From Gemmatimonadaceae bacterium (GTDB taxonomy: Bacteria > Gemmatimonadota > Gemmatimonadetes > Gemmatimonadales > Gemmatimonadaceae), in the NCBI GenBank assembly GCA_044224875.1, contig JBGAJQ010000001.1, positions 224,125-288,124 on the forward strand: a stretch of DNA of 64,000 nucleotides, read 5' to 3'. Both the position numbers and the translations under genes were made by a program. Below the pieces are notes generated by a model, which was not told the origin of the DNA, made no database searches, and saw only the letters and a program-made list of their open reading frames with translations. Positions 46,219 to 56,300 of this stretch are shown in pieces. Each line of letters opens with the position of its first letter. Position 1 is the stretch's first letter.

Positions 46219-49200
46219 TCGCCAGCGTGCTGGAGTGGGCGCTCCGCAACCGGTTCATCGTCCTCGGGCTTTCCGGCATCCTCATCCTCGGTGGTGGCAT
46301 GGCCTTGAAAGGCCTGCCGATCGACGCTGTTCCGGACGTCACGAACATTCAGGTGCAGGTCCTGACCACGGCGCCGGCGTTAGGCCCGGAGGAAGTCGAA
46401 CGATTCATAACGACCCCGGTCGAATTGGCGATGAGCGGGCTGCCTCGACTCGAGGAAGTGCGCTCAGTATCCAAATTCGGGCTTTCGGCGGTGACCGTGG
46501 TGTTCGAGGACGGCACCGATATCTACTTCGCGCGCCAACTCGTCAACGAACGCGTCCAGGCCGCTCGCGAGGCGATTCCACCAGGTTACGGTGATCCGGA
46601 AATGGGCCCGGTGTCGACGGGACTGGGCGAGATCTACCAGTTCGAAGTACGAGGCGTAGACAAGACGCCGATGGAGTTACGAACGATTCTCGAGTGGGAG
46701 ATTGCACCGCGTTTGAGGTCGATTCCGGGAGTGGTCGAGATCAACAGCTTTGGCGGCGAACTGAAAACGTACGAAGTGCAGGTCTATCACGAGCGGCTCG
46801 CCCAGTACAACGTCTCGTTGACGGATCTCTTCGATGCCCTCGAAAGCAATAACGCCAATGCCGGCGGTGGCTACATCGCCAAGGACGCCGAGCAGTATCT
46901 GATTCGTGGCGAGGGACTGATTACGTCGCTCGCTGATATCGGCGACATCGTCGTCACGACCGAGGAGAAAGACGCCACACCGATTTACGTCCGCCAGCTC
47001 GCTGACGTGCGCTTCGCACCGATGGTCAGGCAGGGTGCAGTAACGAGGGATGGTCGCGGCGAGATCGTCGCCGGCATAACGATGATGTTGATGGGGGCCA
47101 ACGCCCGAGAGGTCGTCAATAACGTCAAGACCGCCGTTGACGACATGGCACCGGCACTGGCAAAGCTCGGCGTAACGATCGACCCGTTCTACGACCGCAC
47201 GGAATTCGTCGCTCGCACCGTTCGCACGGTCGCCACCAACCTGGTTGAAGGTGGTGTGCTCGTCATCGTCGTACTGTTCCTCATGCTGCGCAACCTGCGC
47301 GCTGGTCTGATCGTGGCCAGCGTCATCCCGCTCTCCATGTTGGCAGCGTTCCTCGGAATGAGATACTACGGCGTTTCAGGCAACCTGATGTCGCTTGGGG
47401 CGATCGACTTCGGACTCATCGTGGACGGCGCCGTGATCGTTATCGAAAATGCCGTGCGACTCGTCGCCGAACGCGCGCATGCGCTCAAGCGCGCGCTTAC
47501 CGACGATGAGCGCGTACAGGTCGTACTGCGCGCCAGCCGCGAGGTGCTTGGACCTGTCGTCTTCGGCATGGCCATCATCGCCATCGTCTACCTGCCGATC
47601 CTTTCTCTCTCTGGAATCGAGGGGAAGATGTTCCGGCCCATGGCGCTGACGGTGCTCTTCGCTCTCGCAGGTTCGCTCGTGCTCTCGGTCACGCTCATTC
47701 CGGTCTTGGCATCGATGTTCCTGCCACGCAGCATGAGCGAAGAGGAAAGTCCGATCGTCGCTCACACACGCAGGCGTTACGAGCCGCTGTTGCGGCGGGC
47801 CATGGCACGTCCTGCTGCGACGAGCGCCATCGGCGTCGGGCTCGTTGTTCTGAGCCTGATCGCTGCGCCTTTTCTCGGCGCCGAATTTGTACCCCGGCTC
47901 GACGAGGGAGCGCTCGCCCTTCAAGTGTGGCGACTGCCGAGCGTGTCGCTCGAAGAATCCGTTCGCCAAACGACCCTCGTCGAAAAAGTGCTCAAGAGGT
48001 TCCCCGAGGTCGTGACGGTCGTATCGAAAACCGGACGCGCGGAGATCGCCACCGATCCGATGGGAGTGGAAATCTCCGACGTACTGGTGATGCTGAAGCC
48101 GCACAAAGAGTGGAGCACCGCTGGAACGCGTGATGGCCTGATCGCCGCATTCGACTCGGCGCTGGCCGAGAACATGACAGGTACAATCTTCAGCTATTCG
48201 CAACCGATCGAGCTTCGCGTGAGCGAGCTGATCGCGGGTGTCCGATCCGATGTGGCGCTGATGATATTCGGCGACAGCCTCGAAGTGCTTGCAGATGCTG
48301 CTGCCAGGGCTGTCAGCGTTCTGTCCGCCGTTGAAGGAGCGGCTGACGTCAAGGCTGAGCAGGTCGCCGGACTCCCGCTGCTGCGGGTTACGCTGAACCG
48401 GCGCGCTATGGCGCGCTACGGAATCAATGCCTCTGAAGTACTCGATGTCGTACGCGCGATGGGAGGGCGGGAGGCGGGTGTGGTGCTGGAAGGTCAGCGA
48501 CGCTTCACACTCCAGGTGCGTTATGCATCCGGCGTGCGCGAAGATCTGCAATCATTGCATGACCTTCGCGTTCGCGCCGCCGGCGGCCAGCTCATTCCCG
48601 TTGGACAACTGGCGACCATTCGCGTGGATGAAGGACCGGCCCAGATCAGCCACGAACGAGGGCGCCGCCGCATCACCGTCGAGATGAATGTGCGTGGCCG
48701 GGATCTCGCCGGGTTCGTCGCGGATGCTCAGCGCACACTCGACGGCTCCGACGCGATCCCTGCCGGGTACTTCACGGAATGGGGAGGCCAGTTCAAGAAT
48801 CTTCAGGAAGCCGCCACCCGACTCTCGATCGTCGTGCCTGTTGCACTCGGTCTCATCTTCGTGCTGCTGTACTTGAGCCTCGGCTCGGCGAAACTCGCGG
48901 CAGTGATGTACCTGAACGTGCCGTTCGCGATCCCGGGAGGCATCCTGGCGCTCGCGTTGCGCGGGATGCCCTTGTCCGTTTCGGCCGGCGTGGGATTCAT
49001 CGCGCTGTTTGGTGTCGCTGTGCTGAACGGCCTGGTGCTCGTGAGCTACATCAAGCAGCGCCGTGAAGCAGGAGCGTCGCCAGAGGAAGCCGCATTCGAT
49101 GGCGCCAGCGTGCGGCTGCGACAAGTGCTCACGACGGCGTTGGTGGCATCTATCGGCTTCATACCGATGGCCATCGCGACCGGAGCTGGAGCGGAGGTGC

Positions 49201-49337
49201 AGAAACCACTCGCCACGGTAGTAATCGGCGGACTCATTACCTCAACGGCCCTGACGCTACTTGTTCTTCCCGCGGTCTACGTCTGGTGGGAACGGGGAAG
49301 AACCAAGGTACCGTCCAGGCAGGCGATCGTGTCATGA
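46215..49337 (+). CDS. czcA: CzcA-type heavy-metal RND permease
   Basis: PIDAVPDVTNIQV, GNLMSLGAIDFGLIVDGAVIVIEN, GAEVQKPLATVVIGG. Confidence 0.96.
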   Translation: MIASVLEWALRNRFIVLGLSGILILGGGMALKGLPIDAVPDVTNIQVQVLTTAPALGPEEVERFITTPVELAMSGLPRLEEVRSVSKFGLSAVTVVFEDGTDIYFARQLVNERVQAAREAIPPGYGDPEMGPVSTGLGEIYQFEVRGVDKTPMELRTILEWEIAPRLRSIPGVVEINSFGGELKTYEVQVYHERLAQYNVSLTDLFDALESNNANAGGGYIAKDAEQYLIRGEGLITSLADIGDIVVTTEEKDATPIYVRQLADVRFAPMVRQGAVTRDGRGEIVAGITMMLMGANAREVVNNVKTAVDDMAPALAKLGVTIDPFYDRTEFVARTVRTVATNLVEGGVLVIVVLFLMLRNLRAGLIVASVIPLSMLAAFLGMRYYGVSGNLMSLGAIDFGLIVDGAVIVIENAVRLVAERAHALKRALTDDERVQVVLRASREVLGPVVFGMAIIAIVYLPILSLSGIEGKMFRPMALTVLFALAGSLVLSVTLIPVLASMFLPRSMSEEESPIVAHTRRRYEPLLRRAMARPAATSAIGVGLVVLSLIAAPFLGAEFVPRLDEGALALQVWRLPSVSLEESVRQTTLVEKVLKRFPEVVTVVSKTGRAEIATDPMGVEISDVLVMLKPHKEWSTAGTRDGLIAAFDSALAENMTGTIFSYSQPIELRVSELIAGVRSDVALMIFGDSLEVLADAAARAVSVLSAVEGAADVKAEQVAGLPLLRVTLNRRAMARYGINASEVLDVVRAMGGREAGVVLEGQRRFTLQVRYASGVREDLQSLHDLRVRAAGGQLIPVGQLATIRVDEGPAQISHERGRRRITVEMNVRGRDLAGFVADAQRTLDGSDAIPAGYFTEWGGQFKNLQEAATRLSIVVPVALGLIFVLLYLSLGSAKLAAVMYLNVPFAIPGGILALALRGMPLSVSAGVGFIALFGVAVLNGLVLVSYIKQRREAGASPEEAAFDGASVRLRQVLTTALVASIGFIPMAIATGAGAEVQKPLATVVIGGLITSTALTLLVLPAVYVWWERGRTKVPSRQAIVS

Positions 49338-49693
49338 AGGCCATACACGCTTACGTCCGTCGCGGCATCGCCGAGCAGGTCATTGGCGCTCTACTGTCGT
49401 CCGGCTGCCGAACCTTTTCCGTTTTGGACGTGCGCGGCATCGCACACGACGCGGAGCCGTCGGAGCTCGATTATTCGGTGTCACTCGCCCAGCGTGTGGA
49501 GCACGTGGTGAAGATCGAGATCGTCGCACGCGACGCCGACGCCGCGAGCTGGGCTTCCGTCATAGTGAAGGCCGCCCACACCGGTCATCGCGGCGATGGG
49601 CTGGTGTCAGTGTTCCCGGTCGAATCGGCGGTCCGGATCGCCACTGGGGACGAGGGTGATGGTGCCCTTGCTGATCCGTCTCCTTCCCGTTGA
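49334..49693 (+). CDS. PII-like protein 1
   Basis: MKAIHAYVR...KIEIV...HTGHRGDG...AVRIATGDEG; overlaps the czcA stop. Confidence 0.88.
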   Translation: MKAIHAYVRRGIAEQVIGALLSSGCRTFSVLDVRGIAHDAEPSELDYSVSLAQRVEHVVKIEIVARDADAASWASVIVKAAHTGHRGDGLVSVFPVESAVRIATGDEGDGALADPSPSR

Positions 49694-49712
49694 CGGAGTC
49701 GAGGAGCGGGCC

Positions 49713-50615
49713 GTGGATGTAGCCCACCGATCTCGCACACTCGCCCCGGCCGCTCTTTTTGTTCTCATGCTGGCTACGGCATGTCGACACGAGGAGCGGC
49801 GCGCGGACCGACTCGTTTCCGAGTGGGTCAAGGGTCTGCAAAGTCATGAGTCGGCGACTCGACTCAATGCGGCACGTGTCTTCAACCGCGACATCGCCAC
49901 GTCCACGGTCGCGCTGCGCGCGCTGCTTCAGACTCTGGCACGTGAGTCAAACGACATCCACCTCACCTTGTCCGAGGCGCTTTCGGAACTCGGGCCGGAT
50001 GCTGTCGTTGCGCTGCCCGGGCTCGCACAGCTCCTTCGGGACGAGAACGCGACAGTGCGAGTTCAGGCCGCGCTCGCGCTCGGCCACATCGCGATCTCGA
50101 CTGGCGACGCCATCGGGCCGCTCATGAGCGCGCTGCTGGATACTCATCCTGATGTACGCGTCGCAGCCGCGGAGGCACTCGGCCGGTCCGGTCTCGTGGC
50201 CACGTCGGCGTCACGGGCGCTGGCACTCGCAACGAATGACTCTGTGGGGGCGGTCCGGCTGGAGGCGGTGCGCGCTCTGGCTATGGTGGGCGCATCTCCA
50301 TCGGAGGCGGTCCAGCCGCTGACGAAAGCGTTAGGCGACCCGCTAGAGCAGGTGCGCATTGCGGCTGCTTATAGCATTGGTCGCTACGGCGCGGCGGCGG
50401 CGCTGGCCGTGCCGGCTCTGCGGCTCCTGCTTCACGATCAGCATTTCGGGTTACGCACTGCGGCGGTGATGGCGCTCGGAGAGATTGGTCCTGCGGCTCG
50501 CGGTGCCGCACCTGATCTCGAACGATTGCGGTTCGATCCCGATTCGACTACACGCCGTCACGCAGCCGAGGCGGTTCTTCGTATCGCTGCCGCCGGGCGG
50601 GAGACGATGAGATGA
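49713..50615 (+). CDS. HEAT-repeat lipoprotein
   Basis: GAGGAG RBS with GTG start, LATA-C lipobox, repeated LxD...VRxxAAxALG. Confidence 0.85.
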   Translation: MDVAHRSRTLAPAALFVLMLATACRHEERRADRLVSEWVKGLQSHESATRLNAARVFNRDIATSTVALRALLQTLARESNDIHLTLSEALSELGPDAVVALPGLAQLLRDENATVRVQAALALGHIAISTGDAIGPLMSALLDTHPDVRVAAAEALGRSGLVATSASRALALATNDSVGAVRLEAVRALAMVGASPSEAVQPLTKALGDPLEQVRIAAAYSIGRYGAAAALAVPALRLLLHDQHFGLRTAAVMALGEIGPAARGAAPDLERLRFDPDSTTRRHAAEAVLRIAAAGRETMR

Positions 50616-51574
50616 GAAAGCCGATTTTACCCATGATTCCGCTTGGTCTGATGGCGTGCATGTTCCCCGAAGTCCGACCCTCGCCACCGTCTGCGGACGC
50701 GCCAGCCAAGGAAGTCGCGTTAAGCGGTGCCGCGGTCCTCATCGGCGCCGGTGACATCGCGAGCTGTCAGAGCCAGGGCGATGAAGCTACGGCCGCGATC
50801 GTCGACAGCGTGCTCAAGGCCGACAGCGCCGCAGGCGTGGAAGACTATGTGTTCACCACCGGTGACAACGCATATCCATCCGGCACGGCGCGAGACTTCG
50901 CTGTGTGCTTCGGTGCGTCGTGGGGCGATTCAGCCAAACGGATCATGAAATGGATCCATCCGTCACCTGGCAATCACGACCACGAATCAGACCGCGCGGC
51001 GCCCTATTACCGGTACTTCGGTGAGCGCGTCGCCGGCTCTGCGAAGCGAGGGTACTACAGCTACAATCTTGGCGAATGGCACGTCGTAGTGCTCAACAGC
51101 GTCATCGCGGTGAGCCCCGAGGGACAGCTATTCCCGCTAGCCGATCGGAAGGCACAGGAAGACTGGTTGCGCGCGGACCTGAAGGCGAACACCAAGAAAT
51201 GTACGGTCGCCTACTGGCATCACGCTCGCTTCAGTTCGGGGCGCGTGTACGCGTCGATGCAGCCGCTGTACCAGATTCTCTACGATGCGAACGTCGATCT
51301 CGCTCTCGTAGGTCACGATCACCACTACGAGCGCTTCGCTCCGCAAACGCCGGCCGGTGTGTTGGACACGGCGAGAGGTATTCCGCAAATCCTCGTCGGG
51401 ACCGGCGGAGGTGAGCTCCGAGGCATCCCCCGCCCGTACGCGCGAAACTCACTTGTCCGCATTGAGGGGCACTTCGGCGTGTTGAAGCTAACCCTCGGCG
51501 CCGAAGAGTATCGCAGTGCGTTCATCGATACACAGGGGCGAGTCTGGGATCGAAGCGGAGGAAAATGTCACTAA
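50612..51574 (+). CDS. Calcineurin-like metallophosphoesterase, lipoprotein
   Basis: LMA-C; AGDIA, GDNAY, GNHD, HH, GHDHHYER. Confidence 0.92.
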   Translation: MRKPILPMIPLGLMACMFPEVRPSPPSADAPAKEVALSGAAVLIGAGDIASCQSQGDEATAAIVDSVLKADSAAGVEDYVFTTGDNAYPSGTARDFAVCFGASWGDSAKRIMKWIHPSPGNHDHESDRAAPYYRYFGERVAGSAKRGYYSYNLGEWHVVVLNSVIAVSPEGQLFPLADRKAQEDWLRADLKANTKKCTVAYWHHARFSSGRVYASMQPLYQILYDANVDLALVGHDHHYERFAPQTPAGVLDTARGIPQILVGTGGGELRGIPRPYARNSLVRIEGHFGVLKLTLGAEEYRSAFIDTQGRVWDRSGGKCH

Positions 51575-51669
51575 TGATGGCTACCACGTGCCGGCACCGC
51601 GTGGGCGGGTGTGGCGTTAGGCGCAGCTCGCAGGGAACACCTCTAGAACACGCCAGAAAGGACCACAGC

Positions 51670-52008
51670 ATGAAAATGGTAATCGCATACGTGCAATCGG
51701 TCGTAGCCCCAGACGTTGTCCACCGGTTGCATCAGGTACCGAACCTGACGGGGGCGTCGTTCGTCAGCGTGCGCGGTTTTGGGCGTGGCCGCGAGGCGCG
51801 AGTCGACCATCCGCCCGAGGTGCTCCTGGAAGACGCCGACAAGGTGCGCGTCGAGGTCATGATCCGTGACGAATTGGAGGATTCCGTGGTGAAGACCATC
51901 ACGAAGGCGGCACGGACGGGGGCCAGCGGCGACGGCAAGGTCTACGTCGTCGAACTCACGCGTGCTGTGCGCATCGCCACCGGGGAAGAGGGTGAGGCAG
52001 CGGTATGA
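51670..52008 (+). CDS. PII-like protein 2
   Basis: MKMVIAYV...VRGFGR...KVRVEV...RTGASGDGKVYV...RIATGEEG. Confidence 0.9.
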   Translation: MKMVIAYVQSVVAPDVVHRLHQVPNLTGASFVSVRGFGRGREARVDHPPEVLLEDADKVRVEVMIRDELEDSVVKTITKAARTGASGDGKVYVVELTRAVRIATGEEGEAAV

Positions 52009-52102
52009 TTGCCGCGCCCGGCAGGTCCCATCCCGCGCGCGATAGTCGCCTAACGTGCAGCACTTCGCTCGCGAGCCCGCCACGAACTGCGCGAGATAGT
52101 TA

Positions 52103-54613
52103 ATGGAGCGCTCCATCCGACTCGACCTGCCGCTGTTGCTCCCCGAAGTCGAGGATATGCAGGACGAGTGTGTGGCCCGTCTCGTTGCGCTCCTCGAACG
52201 CCGCGATGGCGTCAGCGCTGTGCACGTCGTCCGTCAGGGCGAAGCCGAACCTCCTACGGAGCGGCGGCCGGGCGGCGAAACCGAACCGGCGGAGGTCGAT
52301 GGCGCGCAGCTCTGTCTGCACTACGATCCCGAACGCCTCACCTTGAGACAGTTAATGGCACTCGCACGGGCCGCGGGCGCCGAGGTGACAGAGCGTTTCG
52401 CGCACGCCGTGATTCCGTTCCGTGCCGTGGGACCCGAGGATGAGGGAGCGCGGCTCGAGGCGGCACTCCGGTCGCTGCCGGGGGTGACGGCGGCGGCCGT
52501 CAACTTCGCCGGGCAGGTCGCTCGCGTCGAATTCGATCGTCGTCGGACGGACCTCGAAACCATCTCCGCGCGGCTCGCGGATGACGGCGCCGCACCGCTT
52601 GCTGGCGAGTTACCTCCTCTCGCGAAGCCGGAGGAGGTTCCGCCAGTTAACGACGGTTGGTACGCGCGCAACCGCGAACTCGCGTGGAGTCTGATAGCGG
52701 GGGCCCTCACCGTTGCCGGCTGGGTTGTCGGACGAGGACAGGCCGCCACGATTCCATTCGCGATTGTGCTGTTCCTGGGCGCGTATTTCTTCGGCGCCCG
52801 TGACAACGTTGGCCACCTGCTCAAGGATCTTCGCCGGCGTCACTTCCACTTCAACATCGACCTGCTCATGGTCGTCGCGGCCGTTGGTGCGGCAGTACTC
52901 GGCGAGTGGTTCGAGGGCGCACTGCTCCTCTTTCTCTTCAGCCTCGGCCACGCGCTCGAGCATTACGCACTGGGTCGCGCCCGGAACGCGATCAAGGCGC
53001 TGGCCGAGCTGGCGCCGCAGACCGCAACGGTGCTGGTGGGTGCGATCGAGACCGAGACACCCATCGAGCGCGTCCAACAGGGACAGCAGGTGCTGGTTCG
53101 CCCTGCCAGCCGGTTCCCCGTCGACGGCATCGTCAGCGAGGGTCGCTCCGCGGTCAATCAGGCGCCGATTACGGGCGAGAGCATGCCCGTCCTGAAAACA
53201 CCGGGCGAACAGGTTTTCGCCGGGTCGGTGAACGGGGAGGGAGCGTTGGTAGTGCGGGTGACGGCGGCGATCGGCGACCGCACGCTCGACCGCGTCATCC
53301 GTCTGGTGACGGAGGCGGAAACTCAGAAGGCGCCAACCCAGCAGTTCACTGACCGCTTCGAGCGCGTCTTCGTGCCGCTCGTCCTTGTAGGAGCGGTGGC
53401 GCTGGTCTTCGCGCCACCAGCACTCGGAATATTGACCTGGAATCAGTCATTTTACCGTGCCATGGTCGTACTGGTCGCCGCGTCCCCGTGCGCCCTCGCG
53501 CTGGGTACGCCAGCGGCGATTCTCGCCGGCATCGCGCAGGCGGCGCGTAACGGCGTTCTGGTGAAGGGTGGGGCATATCTCGAAACGTTAGGCACCATCG
53601 ACGCGATCGCGTTCGACAAGACCGGGACGATCACCATGGGTGAGCCGGCGGTCACGGACGTCGAGCCCGCGACGGGCGTTACCGACACCGAATTGTTATC
53701 GGTTGCCGGCGCGGTCGAGCGGCGCTCCCAACACCCACTTGCTCGCGCGATCGTCAACGCGGCGAAGGAGCGCGGTCTCGAGCTTCCGGATGTTTCGGAA
53801 GTGGAGTCCGTCACCGGTCGCGGCGTTCGGGCGCAGGTCGGCGGTCAGTTGGTCGACGTTGGCCGGCTCCTCCTCTTCGAGGACGCCGGGGCCACCATCC
53901 CGGAGGCCGTGCGGAGCATCGTAAATCGTCTCGAGAAGAACGGGCGAACGACCGTTGTGGTGCGGCGCGCCCCGCTGTCCGGTAACCCTGCTCAGGAAGG
54001 CGACAAGAACGCCCAGGACGGCTGGCTGGGGGTGATCGGTGTGGCTGACCAGCCGCGCCCCGACGTGCCCGCGACATTGCAGCGCCTTAGGGATGCTGGG
54101 ATCAGGCACATGGTCATGCTGACGGGCGATAACGCCGGTGTCGGGCGCGCGATCGGTGCCGCTGTCGGACTGGACGACGTGAAAGCCGGTCTTCTTCCCG
54201 AGGACAAAGTTGCTGTCATCAGAACGTTCACAGATTCCGGTCGTCGAGTCGCGATGGTCGGTGACGGCGTGAACGACGCGCCGGCCCTCGCGCAGGCGAC
54301 TGTCGGCATCGCGATGGGTGGAGCGGGTACGGCCGCGGCACTCGAGACAGCGGACGTCGTGCTGATGGCGGATGACCTTGGCAAACTCCCGTTTGCGATC
54401 GCCTTGAGCCGCGCGACCCGATCCGCGGTCCGGCAGAATCTCTTCTTCTCGTTAGGCGTGATTGCCGTGCTCGTGGTGACCTCCGTGGTCGGGGTGACTT
54501 CGATCAGCTCGGCGGTAGTTTTCCATGAAGGCAGCACACTCGCGGTTATTGCCAATGGACTGCGCCTGCTCGCTTTCCGCGGACCCGCGACCGCTTCGAA
54601 AGGATCTCTGTAG
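52103..54613 (+). CDS. P1B-4-type heavy-metal ATPase with N-terminal HMA-like domains
   Basis: TGES, ASPCAL, DKTGT, GDGVNDAP, HEGST. Confidence 0.93.
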   Translation: MERSIRLDLPLLLPEVEDMQDECVARLVALLERRDGVSAVHVVRQGEAEPPTERRPGGETEPAEVDGAQLCLHYDPERLTLRQLMALARAAGAEVTERFAHAVIPFRAVGPEDEGARLEAALRSLPGVTAAAVNFAGQVARVEFDRRRTDLETISARLADDGAAPLAGELPPLAKPEEVPPVNDGWYARNRELAWSLIAGALTVAGWVVGRGQAATIPFAIVLFLGAYFFGARDNVGHLLKDLRRRHFHFNIDLLMVVAAVGAAVLGEWFEGALLLFLFSLGHALEHYALGRARNAIKALAELAPQTATVLVGAIETETPIERVQQGQQVLVRPASRFPVDGIVSEGRSAVNQAPITGESMPVLKTPGEQVFAGSVNGEGALVVRVTAAIGDRTLDRVIRLVTEAETQKAPTQQFTDRFERVFVPLVLVGAVALVFAPPALGILTWNQSFYRAMVVLVAASPCALALGTPAAILAGIAQAARNGVLVKGGAYLETLGTIDAIAFDKTGTITMGEPAVTDVEPATGVTDTELLSVAGAVERRSQHPLARAIVNAAKERGLELPDVSEVESVTGRGVRAQVGGQLVDVGRLLLFEDAGATIPEAVRSIVNRLEKNGRTTVVVRRAPLSGNPAQEGDKNAQDGWLGVIGVADQPRPDVPATLQRLRDAGIRHMVMLTGDNAGVGRAIGAAVGLDDVKAGLLPEDKVAVIRTFTDSGRRVAMVGDGVNDAPALAQATVGIAMGGAGTAAALETADVVLMADDLGKLPFAIALSRATRSAVRQNLFFSLGVIAVLVVTSVVGVTSISSAVVFHEGSTLAVIANGLRLLAFRGPATASKGSL

Positions 54614-54964
54614 GCAATCCGCCTTCACCACCAACACATCCAGGGCGACATCGGGAGTACCGGCATCGCGGACGTTATGGTCCGGCTGCGGTATACCTAA
54701 CGAGTGCGACCCGACGGGAAAACGGGCTGCTCGGCGAACGCTGACGCGTTTCAGGTGAAGCTCATCCACCGACTCACGTGCCGCTTTCGAGCACCTCGGA
54801 GCCAAATTGCGGAACTCAGGTTGATCCAGTGCGACCTGATGCGCCTTTGGAACACGGGCGACCTCTGCCACCGGAGCACGGGCGCAGCGAGGTCCCAGTC
54901 GGATGCCTCGATCGGTGCATCATGGCAACTTCCCACTCGTTCAGAAGCACGGTATGTTGAATCA

Positions 54965-55330
54965 ATGCGCCGCTGGATCGCCCTGCTGAGTCTCCTGAGC
55001 CTCGCGAACGTTGTCTTCGTGAGGGGCGGCGGCGCAACCTGTCCATTCACGGGTGGCCATCATTACCAGCGGGACGTCGGTGCCTCCGCTGCAATGACGC
55101 ATGAAGGACATGACATGACTCCGGCGAACGACGAACAGCCGGCGTCAGGGCAAGACTCCTCCCATCAAGCAACCTGTCTCATGATGGGACCGTGCGTTCT
55201 CACCGTTTTCCTGGTGGGCGCGGGAAGCGGACTCACTGATCAACCGCACCATGATGTCGTGTTGGCGATGTCCTCCCATTGCCCGCGTTCACTGACGTTG
55301 TCACCCGAACTCCCTCCTCCCAGGGCCTGA
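54965..55330 (+). CDS. DUF2946/CutF-like leader protein
   Basis: Signal-like N-terminus, His/Met segment, CLMMGPC, C-terminal PELPPPRA*. Confidence 0.75.
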   Translation: MRRWIALLSLLSLANVVFVRGGGATCPFTGGHHYQRDVGASAAMTHEGHDMTPANDEQPASGQDSSHQATCLMMGPCVLTVFLVGAGSGLTDQPHHDVVLAMSSHCPRSLTLSPELPPPRA

Positions 55331-55439
55331 CGAGCTGCTGAGTCAGTCGCGCCCGGCGTTCGAGCCGAGGTGCTTCCACCGCAGCTGCACGAACGCGATT
55401 CGCGCGCACGTGCCGCCACTTTCCGGAGTTCGCTGTCAC

Positions 55440-56300
55440 ATGTGGATTTCATTAGCTGCGCTACGCGCGGGCCTTGTGCCGTATTGCATCGCCACCGTTT
55501 CCGTAATCGCGGCTTCAGGAACCGCGCGCGCCCAGACCGACTACTTCAACACCGATCGCGGCCGCCCTCTGCACGTACAGGACGCCGTCGCGATCGAGCG
55601 GTACGCATTCGAACTGCAGGCTGCTCCCATCCGCATGTCGCGACTCGCCGGAGCGCGTGGGGTCTGGTCAATCGAGCCCGAGTTGGCCTACGGGATCCTG
55701 TCGCGGACACAGCTCGAGATCGGTTTGCCGGTGTTTGTGACCGAAGGCTTCGGGACTCGACCCCGGAGTGGACTTGGCGCCCTGCATGTCTCGATGCTCC
55801 ACGCGCTCAACACCGAAACGCTCGGCCTCCCCGCGCTCGCGCTGAACGCGGCGCTTTCGATCCCCGCCGGGAGCTTTGGACCGCGGCGCGCGTACCCAAC
55901 ACTCGGTCTGATCGCCACGCGCACCACCTCGCTGGGCCGGATTCATCTGAATGTCGACGGCACGTTAGGTAGCGAACTCGCGTCCGACGATAGCCGGCTT
56001 TCAGGCCCGCGAGGTGTTGGCTACGACGACCTGTCGCGCTGGATGGCGGGCGTCGCCCTCGATCGCACGCTCCCGCTCCGATCCATGCTGCTCGGCGCCG
56101 AGGTCGTGGCCCGGCAACCCCTCATCGAAGACGCCGACCTGGTGTGGCAAGCCGCGGCGGGAGTCCGGTGGCAACTCGCCCCGCAATGGGCGCTCGACGC
56201 CGGCGTGGGCCGCTCACTCGGCGAGGATGCGGAATGGTCCATCACGTTAGGCGCGGCACGTTCCTTCGGCCTGATTCACCTTTTTCCGCGGAGTCGATGA
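55440..56300 (+). CDS. Putative outer-membrane beta-barrel protein
   Basis: Signal peptide; alternating strands IEPELAYGI, LEIGLP, GVRWQL, LDAGVG, ITLGAARSF. Confidence 0.7.
   Translation: MWISLAALRAGLVPYCIATVSVIAASGTARAQTDYFNTDRGRPLHVQDAVAIERYAFELQAAPIRMSRLAGARGVWSIEPELAYGILSRTQLEIGLPVFVTEGFGTRPRSGLGALHVSMLHALNTETLGLPALALNAALSIPAGSFGPRRAYPTLGLIATRTTSLGRIHLNVDGTLGSELASDDSRLSGPRGVGYDDLSRWMAGVALDRTLPLRSMLLGAEVVARQPLIEDADLVWQAAAGVRWQLAPQWALDAGVGRSLGEDAEWSITLGAARSFGLIHLFPRSR

Noticed and set aside
54614..54964. Long intergenic gap, possible pseudogene or extended start of the leader ORF
   Set aside because: No recognisable protein motif or RNA structure in any frame.
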